The position numbers and the translations under genes were made by a program. Below, piece by piece: positions 42,925-52,890 of a stretch of 64,000 bases of DNA. The stretch is from assembly GCF_046119375.1 (NCBI RefSeq), contig NW_027362772.1:54312001-54376000 (forward strand), written 5' to 3'. The notes beneath the pieces were generated by a model. It saw only the letters and a list, made by a program, of their open reading frames with translations. It did no database searches and had not been told where the DNA came from. This DNA is from Phyllobates terribilis. Taxonomy: Eukaryota. The stretch's first letter is position 1, and each line of letters opens with the position of its first letter.

Positions 42925-44136
42925 TGTAGCACCCTGAGGATTCGGCTGCTACAGGAGTATTGCACCTCAACCCAGAGGTGTGATATTCCACTCCCGGGTA
43001 AGGAAGGAGTGTGGAACTGAGCTCAGATAGACTGCATGCACTACATACATCCCATTCCAGAGGAGCAGGCCGACGGCACTCCCACTTAGAAATGTGCAGG
43101 TGCGACCGAGCCTGTTCCTGGCTGGAGTGGGAGGGGGGAGGAACATCCCATGTAGTGTAGGGGCAGATAGGGGGAGCAGTCTGGGTAGTGGTAGGAGCTC
43201 ATTGGGTGCTGGTCACCTGAGCTCACACATAGAGGGCTATATAAGGTGGGCACCATCAAAGATCAGGGTCAGACGCAGAGAGGAAGTCAGATGCAGAGGA
43301 CAAGCCTGCAGCAAGAGAGAGAGAAAGAAACAACAGCCCTGGAGAGAGAGTGGAGTGCAGAAAGACCCAGAGGGGGACAAAGAAGGGACCCAAGAACCCA
43401 AATAAGAACACCGGGTGAGGAGTCAGCAGAAGGGTACCGGAACCCAAGCTGGTGGGGGTAAAGACATTCCCCAGCCAGAGACCGGAGACCGTGGGCAGAG
43501 TCTGTCACGGTCACCCACTACATTCACCCTGAAGGCACACCACATGGAGGGTCAGGGAACCTGAGGCCAAAGGTTGCCCAACAGAAGGCCCGAGGGAGCT
43601 GGATTTAGGTGAATCACTGGTGGGGACGGCTGAAGGAAGGACAGAGGGAGAGCTCAGGGCCACGCTCCGGACTTGTTTGGGGGTTGGCCGGATCCAGGAC
43701 CTGGTGGACGCAGCACGGCTCGGGAGGTCACTTGGAGCTAGAGTGACCAGGAACATCTGCAGTAAGTAAAGACCCTTAACTGCACTACCCGAGTCTGTAA
43801 TCATTACCGGCTGCACCGCACCACCACAACCCCCATCCTCTGCGCCTGTCCCCTCTGAGGCTATACCCCTCCCGTTGGGGGTTATCCCATCAAGCTGCGC
43901 ATCCACCATCAGCCTCAGCGGACCCTGCAGCAGCGGCGGCCACAGTGACCGCATCACAACGGGTGGCGTAGTCGACACAACGAACTTTAATAACATCAGT
44001 AAGGACTGCCACATAACACTGAGCTTGACGCCCTGGGCACGGGACCGGGTCACAGCCGCTCGGAGACTACAACCCCCCATCTGATCCGGTGCCGGGTATT
44101 CCCCTCACAAAGGAATATGTCCCAGGGGGCGCGTCA
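42925..44136 (+). repeat. 5' LTR (1212 bp)
   Basis: Direct repeat of 46723-47934; all ORF-track translations in the two copies are identical; TATA-like CTATATAAG near 43237. Confidence 0.97.
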
Positions 44137-46225
44137 ACTTTGGCGTAGTCGGCAGGATTACGTGCCCGCAACACCCGGGTACTGCGTGCCTGAAGAAAAG
44201 AGCAAGTTTACCTTAGAAAGAAGACTCCTGCCGGTTCCGGAGGGTCCACGCCATCGGACTCCATCACCAGTCGTTTCCCGCCGATTGTCCGCCATTTCCA
44301 GCTTGTTCCCGCCATCTGCCGAGTTTCCCGCCACTGGGCGACGATTCCCGCCAAAACCGCAGATTTCCCGCCTTGGAAGAGCAGCGGACGCCATTATGGG
44401 CGTGCCAAAGGAGGGCAAGAGGCCACATCCCATCGTGGGCCGGGACAGAAAATGGCGCCAAAAGTGGAAACCGCCCCCACCAACAGAGACTGTGATGCTG
44501 GAGGTGTCTGTCAGCGTGAAAGAACTACCCCTGGAGCTGACAGTCACCGAGTTGCCCCGGGACCGCCCTCGAAGTGGGAGGAGACGAAAGAAAAGAGCAA
44601 AGATGGGTGTCGCTTGGAGCAGTCTGGAGCGAGCGCACCCGGAGGCAAGAGGTCTAACAAGGAGTAGCGGAGAAGCTCACCCGGAGATGGAAAGAAAGCA
44701 GAACAGCACCGGCCCGCTGGCCAGGAGTCTGCTAGAGACCGAGGAAGGAGGGCAGAGCAGCACCGGCCCGCTGGCCAGGAGCCTGCCGGAAGCAGAGCAG
44801 AGCAGCACCGACCCGATGGTCAGGAGCCTGCTGGAGTCAACAACCCCGCTAGGCTTAGCGGAGATCCTGGCGCAGCTTCCCCGAGATCGGGAGTGCGCGC
44901 GGAGTGCCCTGGAGGGCCTCGCGGGAAGGATGGCCCGAGTGCAGAGGGAGATCCTGGCGGAGTGGGGCCGGGAGATGGCCCAGCAAGCTGGAACCCGTCC
45001 ACTTAACCCGCTCCCTTGGAAGAAGACATCGACTGCCTCTGCGGATGACGCGGGAGGACCCAAGGCCGGAGACGGCGCAGAAGAGGGAGCGAGACGCATG
45101 GCAGCAGGTAAGGGGGATGCCTATACCCCATACCGGAAGACCGCTTACCTGCCCCAGCTCCCCGTCGCAGAGCCCGAAGGTCCCCCGGCCGTACCCGAGA
45201 CCGCCATGACATCGCCGCCGACTAGGCCCCGACCGGAAGCCGCCGTCGCGACCCCGATGACGTCACGCATCGTGACCCGGAGCGTGGCGCCGGAAGAGGA
45301 GCCTCCGGCCTGGTCACAGGGCCTAGCATTTCCGGGCGCCGCATCCAAAGCAGAGCCATCTACCTCCGCGGAGCCTCCGGCCTGGTCGCAAGGCCAGGTA
45401 ACCCAGGGCGCCGCCGTCCTAACGGTGCCCTTCACCTTCCAGGTGCCCCAGGCCTGGCCGCAAGGCCTGGGCAACCCGGGCGCCATCACCACCGCGCCCG
45501 CGCCCGTAATACCAAGGGTGCCACACCTGGGGGAGGACCTCTTCGGCCAGCTCACATGGCCGGACGGGCGGCCCTTCATCTGGCCCGAAGGGTACCCTGA
45601 GCTAGAGCGGCAGCAAAGACTAGGGCCCTTGTGTGAGCCCCTGATCCCGGCTCCAAAGCCCGTGACTCGGGTCTCGCCTCCACTCGAGGAAGCCCAGTTC
45701 GTGTGGGACCCCACGGGAGAAGATTTGATGGGGTTCACCGGAGAGACTCGGGCAGCTGCAGCAGAGCGTACCGAGTGTTGCCGTCAACAGCTGGCAGAGT
45801 TCAAGAGAGAGCGGGAGGAGAGGCGGGCCAGAGAGCAATGGGCCCGGACCCGCAGCGCGGAGCAAAAGAGCCGGACCAGAAGGGACCCCCGTGCAGCAGA
45901 TCGTCCCCGTACCATCGGGACGGTAATAAAGTTTAATGCGCAGCATGGGTGGGGCTTCATAAAGGACCAGAACACCATGGGTGACGTCTTCGTTACCCGA
46001 CGGGATGTCGAGTCTCACCTGCCAGAGGGTCACAAAGGCCGTGACCTCTACGTCGGTGACGAGGTAACGTTCACCCGGCACAAGTGTGCCAAGGGACCTT
46101 ACGCCCTCCACGTGCATCGCTTGACGGAGGAGGAGTTGCGGTGCGAGGAGGAGGAGCAAGAGGACCCGGACGGGTCTGAAGAAATCACCAGCCATAAGAT
46201 AAGAGCAGGAGGCAGACGCCGTTGA
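44117..46225 (+). CDS. 702-aa intact ORF (alternative start 44396): basic patch, helical segment, Pro/Ala repeats, coiled coil, C-terminal cold-shock domain
   Basis: CSD at ~45911-46122: GTVIKFNAQHGWGFI (RNP1-like), DVFV (RNP2-like), GDEVTF..HKCAKGPYALHV; high GC content and no stops over 2.1 kb. Confidence 0.85.
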   Translation: MSQGARQLWRSRQDYVPATPGYCVPEEKSKFTLERRLLPVPEGPRHRTPSPVVSRRLSAISSLFPPSAEFPATGRRFPPKPQISRLGRAADAIMGVPKEGKRPHPIVGRDRKWRQKWKPPPPTETVMLEVSVSVKELPLELTVTELPRDRPRSGRRRKKRAKMGVAWSSLERAHPEARGLTRSSGEAHPEMERKQNSTGPLARSLLETEEGGQSSTGPLARSLPEAEQSSTDPMVRSLLESTTPLGLAEILAQLPRDRECARSALEGLAGRMARVQREILAEWGREMAQQAGTRPLNPLPWKKTSTASADDAGGPKAGDGAEEGARRMAAGKGDAYTPYRKTAYLPQLPVAEPEGPPAVPETAMTSPPTRPRPEAAVATPMTSRIVTRSVAPEEEPPAWSQGLAFPGAASKAEPSTSAEPPAWSQGQVTQGAAVLTVPFTFQVPQAWPQGLGNPGAITTAPAPVIPRVPHLGEDLFGQLTWPDGRPFIWPEGYPELERQQRLGPLCEPLIPAPKPVTRVSPPLEEAQFVWDPTGEDLMGFTGETRAAAAERTECCRQQLAEFKREREERRAREQWARTRSAEQKSRTRRDPRAADRPRTIGTVIKFNAQHGWGFIKDQNTMGDVFVTRRDVESHLPEGHKGRDLYVGDEVTFTRHKCAKGPYALHVHRLTEEELRCEEEEQEDPDGSEEITSHKIRAGGRRR
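44141..44159 (+). promoter_or_regulatory. Primer-binding site complementary to the tRNA-Ser 3' end
   Basis: TGGCGTAGTCGGCAGGATT is the reverse complement of ...AATCCTGCCGACTACG-CCA, the vertebrate tRNA-Ser(AGA-type) 3' end as recalled; it starts 4 nt after the LTR. Confidence 0.88.
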
Positions 46226-46713
46226 GTGCGGCAGAGCAGGAGGCTGTATATAGTTGCCTGTCGGGGCACAGTGAATCGGAACTGAAACTGAAACTGGAAC
46301 TGTTGTTGCTGCTAAAATAGTCCCCGTTGGGACCAGCGAACTGTTACCTGTAACCCTTTCCATACCAGGCTGAGGACTGTGAGCAGCCATCCCTTTCCCT
46401 TTACCTGGCCGGGGACTGAGAACGGCCAAAATTCCCTGTACATAGTTGCGCTTGCTAAAGCGCCCCCTACCGGTTTTATAGGAAAAACCATTTTTCTAAA
46501 AGACTGTCGCACTCTACCTGGTCACGAGTTGCACGGTGACCAGAGGAACAGAAGAGAGAAAGAGACGACGAGAATGTTGTTTACCTGAAAAAGTTTATAT
46601 ATATATTTATATAGTATTTCGTATAATATTTAATATGTTTTACATGTTTATAAAATGTTGTATGTTTTGGTGTTTTTTTGTCTTTGCAGCCCGAGGACGT
46701 GCTGTGATTTACC

Positions 46714-46722
46714 AGGGGGGAA
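46714..46722 (+). promoter_or_regulatory. Polypurine tract
   Basis: AGGGGGGAA directly abuts the 3' LTR. Confidence 0.8.
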
Positions 46723-47934
46723 TGTAGCACCCTGAGGATTCGGCTGCTACAGGAGTATTGCACCTCAACCCAGAGGTGTGATATTCCACTCCCGGGTAAG
46801 GAAGGAGTGTGGAACTGAGCTCAGATAGACTGCATGCACTACATACATCCCATTCCAGAGGAGCAGGCCGACGGCACTCCCACTTAGAAATGTGCAGGTG
46901 CGACCGAGCCTGTTCCTGGCTGGAGTGGGAGGGGGGAGGAACATCCCATGTAGTGTAGGGGCAGATAGGGGGAGCAGTCTGGGTAGTGGTAGGAGCTCAT
47001 TGGGTGCTGGTCACCTGAGCTCACACATAGAGGGCTATATAAGGTGGGCACCATCAAAGATCAGGGTCAGACGCAGAGAGGAAGTCAGATGCAGAGGACA
47101 AGCCTGCAGCAAGAGAGAGAGAAAGAAACAACAGCCCTGGAGAGAGAGTGGAGTGCAGAAAGACCCAGAGGGGGACAAAGAAGGGACCCAAGAACCCAAA
47201 TAAGAACACCGGGTGAGGAGTCAGCAGAAGGGTACCGGAACCCAAGCTGGTGGGGGTAAAGACATTCCCCAGCCAGAGACCGGAGACCGTGGGCAGAGTC
47301 TGTCACGGTCACCCACTACATTCACCCTGAAGGCACACCACATGGAGGGTCAGGGAACCTGAGGCCAAAGGTTGCCCAACAGAAGGCCCGAGGGAGCTGG
47401 ATTTAGGTGAATCACTGGTGGGGACGGCTGAAGGAAGGACAGAGGGAGAGCTCAGGGCCACGCTCCGGACTTGTTTGGGGGTTGGCCGGATCCAGGACCT
47501 GGTGGACGCAGCACGGCTCGGGAGGTCACTTGGAGCTAGAGTGACCAGGAACATCTGCAGTAAGTAAAGACCCTTAACTGCACTACCCGAGTCTGTAATC
47601 ATTACCGGCTGCACCGCACCACCACAACCCCCATCCTCTGCGCCTGTCCCCTCTGAGGCTATACCCCTCCCGTTGGGGGTTATCCCATCAAGCTGCGCAT
47701 CCACCATCAGCCTCAGCGGACCCTGCAGCAGCGGCGGCCACAGTGACCGCATCACAACGGGTGGCGTAGTCGACACAACGAACTTTAATAACATCAGTAA
47801 GGACTGCCACATAACACTGAGCTTGACGCCCTGGGCACGGGACCGGGTCACAGCCGCTCGGAGACTACAACCCCCCATCTGATCCGGTGCCGGGTATTCC
47901 CCTCACAAAGGAATATGTCCCAGGGGGCGCGTCA
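46723..47934 (+). repeat. 3' LTR (1212 bp)
   Basis: Offset 3798 from the 5' LTR; followed by the TSD TGTG. Confidence 0.97.
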
Positions 47935-48075
47935 TGTGCGTGTTCAGTGTGAGACACTTTTGCGGACCGTGCATCCGCAAAAAAACGGACATTCTACACG
48001 TGTCAGTGTCTCCGGTACATGTGGAAACCGTCACCACTCGTACCGAAGGTACTTACGTGTCAAAGAGCCCTTAAT

Positions 48076-48307
48076 CAGTGTTTCGCAATCTCCAGTCCTC
48101 AGGGCCCCCAACAGATCATGTTTTCAGGATTTCCCCATATTGGACAGGTGAGAGAACCCGTGGCTTCTTTGTATTAGTATACTAAGATTTACAAAGGTGA
48201 TGGAATTATTATCAAGGCATCAAAAATTGCCACAGGTTCTCTCACCTGTCCAATCCTGAAAACATGATCTGTTGGGGGCCGTGAGGACTGGAGATTGCGA
48301 AACACTG
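48076..48307. mobile_element. hAT-type MITE with long inverted arms
   Basis: CAGTGTTTCGCAATCTCCAGTCCTCA / TGAGGACTGGAGATTGCGAAACACTG; right flank ATCTAGAT. Confidence 0.8.
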
Positions 48308-48813
48308 ATCTAGATGTCCCCAACTATATCCTTCCAGAGAATGCCCCCGTGAACTCAAAGTTTACATATATTTTGCCCCTTTCAACCAAGAAACCCCAGA
48401 AAATCCACGACAGTTGGCAACTATAGAAATTGCGGTCCTTCTACAGACTACATTTCACAGACTTGTGAGCCCGGACTCATTTAGGGGAAACACAACTCCC
48501 CAGCTGTTATCAACCACAGTTCAGATCATGCCCCGGCAGCTATAGGATGCTAGGTGTTGTAATCCTTCAACAACTGAAGGGCCAGAGGCTATTAGAGCAT
48601 GCTGGGTCCAGCAGCTGGAGGGTCACAGATTGGTGCAACCAAAAAGGAGTAAGGGGCCACTTCTACCTCCAAAGTAGGTGGAATTGTGCCTTTTGATGAG
48701 CTATTGGACTGCAAAGGGCCCATATATTGTTCTTGCACAGGGGTCCTTTTCTGTCTATGTCCACCAGTGCAATCAGTACAACAGGGAATATACAGAGAGG
48801 CGGCAGACTATTA

Positions 48814-49134
48814 GGCCGTGTTCACACATAGCGTAAACGCTGCATTTATTAGTTCCAGCACGGAAACTCCTGCAGACTGTGCGTATAAAGCAGCCATTGA
48901 ACTGTGTTTTTTGCTACATTTTTTCCCATTATTGCTGAAAAAAAGCATATAAAAAACACAGCTACTTAAAGTGCAGAATCGAATATTTTCTGTCCTAAAA
49001 AAAACAACTTTTTTTAAACGCATCAAATAAAGAGGAAAACGCTTATAAAAATGCCGCAAAACCAGAGATTGTTTTTGAGTAATTTGGTGCAAAATCAAAA
49101 AACAGTCGAAAAAAAAATGCATGTGAACACAGCC
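48814..49134. mobile_element. Harbinger-type MITE
   Basis: TTA TSD; TIR GGCCGTGTTCACAC / ATGTGAACACAGCC. Confidence 0.75.
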
Positions 49135-50013
49135 TTAAGGGAATAATCCAAACCTAGGGATAGGAAAGGAGGCAGGGCAGGGATTAGGAGGGGGATGGGA
49201 AGAAATGGTAACCTGATTACAATAGGAGGGTGGAAGGAAACAATGTCTTTCTGTAAATATTTACAAGTGTGGTTACAATGTATCACAGCGGGGGACATCA
49301 GACAAGCTTGGCATGCAGGGGGAGATGTGGGGATGGGGTTGGGGTCTCACTGGTTTCAGGTGCAGCAGATCTCCTGGTGGAAGGAGACGGCCAGTGGATG
49401 TCAGGGCCTGGCCTTCCTCTATCAGCAGCTGATCCAGGGTGTATATATGTATCTCTCCTCCTCCTTCCTCTCACATGTCCCTGTTTTCCTTCCTCCCCTC
49501 TGCAGTGACGCTGCTATATCCCCTCCCTGCCCAGAGCTGTATACAGCACAGCGGCCTGACAGCAGTCACCTGCTACTCCCCCTGTCTATTGTACAGCAGG
49601 CAAGTATATATTTATGCATCCTTTCGGCCTACCCTTCTGCCCGCCATCCTGACCCTTTGTCTGTAATGCTGCCCCTTTGTTGTGGAACCCCATTGTTGTC
49701 TCGTATTATTGTCACCTTTCCATTTTGCTATGGCCTAGAAGAGTAACTGGCAGTGATGCCCGGGGGTACAAACTTATGATAGGATAGCCTGAATTTAACC
49801 CTGTGCTAAGGCACTTTGCAAGGGCTGAGGGCATATTTACAGAAAGTGGAGAAGGGCCACTTTGGCCGCAGCAGCTGTCCTCTCCCCGTGACTCCCGCCG
49901 ACCACTTTATCACAAGTCCTTATAAATCTTTCATGTGATGCTATTTTGGAGATATGTACGTCAATGCTTTCTCATCGCGCTCCATTGTACATTTTCCATT
50001 CTCCGTTTTAGAC

Positions 50014-50678
50014 ATGGCCGACGCTGAGATACCTGAAGATGTGGCATCTGGACCACCTGCCCCTGAGACACCAACTCCAGAGACACCACCACCACCTCCA
50101 GAATCTCTACACTTCACCATTGCCATCATCGGACCAAGAGGTTCTGGAAAGACCACACTAGTCCGATCTCTTTGTAACCACACGGAACAATTTGGTCCTG
50201 GTTTCCTAGACTCCTACTTTAGGGATGAGGGTGGAGAACATGGGGTTGACCGGCACACTTATCCACCTTTACCTAATGTTACTCTCCTTGATTGCCCGGG
50301 GTATAAACCCAGTGACTCTGCTACAGTATATATTGACAGCATCAAGCCTGACACGGTGCACTGCCTGGTGGTAACATTTCGGGAGACGATCACTGACGCA
50401 GACCTGCAGATACTAGCAGCCATAAAACATTTAGGGAAACCCGTCTGTATGGTGCAAACACATATAGACCTTACTATGCACACGGAAAAGAGACAGCAGG
50501 GGAAGGGTTACTGGAGAGGGCAAACATTGATGGGCATGAGGGGTAAAGCGCAGGAACAGCTGGGTGGGCATGGGATGCCAGGGTCCGGTATATTTCTGGT
50601 GTCTGGTCTAGAACCCCAAAACTACGACTTCCAAGGAATGGTGGATCATATCGAGAAGGAGATTCTGCAATGGAAGAG
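50014..50678 (+). CDS. IRGQ-like tandem GTPase gene, coding exon 1 (IRG-type G domain)
   Basis: Acceptor ctccgttttag| 2 nt before the ATG; G1 GPRGSGKT, G3 LLDCPG, G4-like THID, G5-like FLVSG, then YDF; donor AG|GTAAGA (phase 2). Confidence 0.82.
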
Positions 50679-51845
50679 GTAAGAGATGACCATCGATGAG
50701 ACCCATTAACCCTTTCTAAATTGAAGCTGTGATCCAGATATATGTTGTTTGAGGAGTTGACCATGTAATTCATGGACCACCACGGCCGATCCTGAGTCGG
50801 GGTCTACCTCTATCATATCCATATGCCCTGCTTGAAATTTGGGCATGCAGAGATGCTGGGACTTAAATTAAAGGTACATTATTAATGTATTCCCCCTAAA
50901 GTGTCTGTATTTTAACATTCCCTTTAGGGTTAGGGTTAGGTTTAGGGTTAGAGTTAGTGTACGTCATCACTTTATGGAGCGTGCAAAGGAGCTGAACTCA
51001 CTCCATACAGCAGGGGTGCCGGCACTGAAGAGTGACTCCGATCTTGCATCAATTTACATCTTCCCACTATGGTGTCTGTATTTTAACATTCCCTTTAGGG
51101 TTAGGGGTAGAGTTAGTTTACGCCAGAAATGCGCCATCATTTTATGGAGCGGGCACAGGAGCTGAACTTACTCCATACAGCAGGGGTGCCGGCTGTGTTA
51201 TACATCTGGCACCGAAGAGTGACTCAGATCGCGTCACTTTAACCTTTTAGATACCGCTGTCAATTGTCGGAATGGGAGGGGGATGCAAACGGCTCCAAAG
51301 CTCATCGCCTCTGGTGTGTGACTTGATCGCTGGATTGGCATGGGTCTGCTAAATGCCCCCCCCCCCATGTCGTCGCTATCTTGGTACTCCTGGGCTTCAT
51401 AGGAGACAATGATTTTTCACTGTATACTGCCATACTGAAGTATCATAGTGTAAAGAGCAAGCGACCAAACAGTTCCTAGGTGGACTAAAAAATGCAATGT
51501 AAAGCAAAGAAAGTTAGAAAAAAAATATATACATAGAAAAATTGAATCCCCTCTTTTTCAAACAAACAAAAAATTTGATATTACCGTTTCCATAAAAAAT
51601 GACTGCTTTCTCCTAGTAATAGCGTCACACCTATTCATAGATTGTGAGTAGTATTGCACAATAGGACATCAATTTTGAGGGGCAAAAATGAGGGAAGTCT
51701 TGTTTGACTTTACATTAATATGAATTACCGATTGGACACCAATCCAATCTCCTGTCGTCCAATCCACACCTCTTTATAAAATGCATGCGGATAAAGCGCC
51801 AATGAGAACCCGGCCTTAAAGTAATTTTTCTACTTTTGTTTGCAG

Positions 51846-52890
51846 GCCCATCCCTTTTACCACTGAACCTCACTGTCAAGAACTGGTGTCGGTGTTTGAG
51901 GTCCAATGTGACCAAGAAGGACTTTCAGAGTTCTGCTCTCTCCTCAGCATCTTCTTAGATAACCCTCCGCCTGTGTCCGCCGTTGTGGGTGTGACGGGCA
52001 GCGATAAAGAAGCGACGGTCTCTGCTCTCTGTGAGCCCCCACTTTCTGGTCTTGTAGTGAAGCCACTCCCTGGGCCTGGGACACCCCCAATGTCCGTGGA
52101 GCAGTACTTGCAGAACTTGCAGTCGGAGGCCTGTGATGTCTACCTGATTTTGGGTTCGGGGATGGACAACAGCTCCCGCGCTATACTGGTTGAAGCCTTG
52201 GTGGCAGCTGGCAAACACTGTATGCTGATCGGCGGGGAGGGAGATAGGAAACACAAACATGATGTCAATGGGCAAGAGGGGGGCAGTAAAAAGTGCCATG
52301 CTGGCACTGACCTACCAGGACTGAGGGTAGCGTTAGAGAAGGGGGCTCCACAGTTGGTGAGAGAAAGGCTCCTTCATGCCATCCCCACCATCATTGTCCA
52401 GCTGGTAAGAAGAGAGCGGAGAAGACTTATGACGGGCATATATGATATCTGTTTGGATGTATGTGCCAAGTCAAGTCAAGGGCATTTGCAGGACGCCCTG
52501 GCCACCCTTTCCTCTAAGTTGTTGTCGTTCCGCGCCCGTTTTGGTTTGGATGAAGATTCGCTGATGCTAATATCACAAGTGACAGGGTGCAGTCCTGAGG
52601 ACTTGCGTGCTGAGATTCAGTGCCCCCTGGCACAAGACCCAAGTGAAGACCAACTGCTTCAACTAACATCACAACCACTTTCTCTGACCGAGCTCGTCTG
52701 GAGTTACGTGCCCCGCTGGGGCGGAGGAGAAGAAGCTTCCTCTAAACTGTCTGCAGACCGTACTTACCGTCTACTGGTGGAAGCTGTATGGGGCATGGCG
52801 GAGGATGCGGAGAGGGTACTGCTGCATGGCTGTACCAATCAAAAGGTGGCAAAAGAAAGGACTGCCTTCTGCCACTGGCCTTGTGTGTGA
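51846..52890 (+). CDS. IRGQ-like tandem GTPase gene, coding exon 2 (degenerate second IRG domain plus helical C-terminus)
   Basis: Acceptor tacttttgtttgcag| in frame with exon 1 (1710 nt total = 569 aa); VGVTG, PGPGTP, FGLDEDSL, LRAEIQCPL and MAEDAERV are IRG C-terminal motifs; AATAAA near 53022. Confidence 0.82.

Larger units (their letters stand above)
42925..47934 (+). mobile_element. Non-autonomous LTR retroelement (Ty3/gypsy-like structure) encoding a cold-shock-domain protein
   Basis: LTRs 42925-44136 and 46723-47934 with TG...CA ends; 4-bp TSD TGTG; PBS; PPT; no RT, RNase H or integrase motif in the 2586-bp interior. Confidence 0.93.
41965..48070. mobile_element. Harbinger-type MITE hosting a Penelope-like fragment and the LTR element
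   Basis: TIR GGCTAGTTTCACACGT / ACGTGTCAAAGAGCCC; TAA/TTA flanks. Confidence 0.65.

Noticed and set aside
45620-46429. 269-aa antisense ORF in the LTR element, and 189-aa antisense ORFs in both LTRs
   Set aside because: These are shadows of GC-rich sequence with no recognisable motif.
47915-48151. 78-aa ORF starting in the 3' LTR with the same ATG as the 702-aa ORF
   Set aside because: It is a read-out from the duplicated LTR end into the flanking MITE and not an evolved gene. It does show that the long ORF's true start may be the internal ATG at 44396.
50915-51120. TTAGGG runs suggesting interstitial telomeric sequence
   Set aside because: Only 2-4 imperfect units, within a locally duplicated repeat fragment in the intron.
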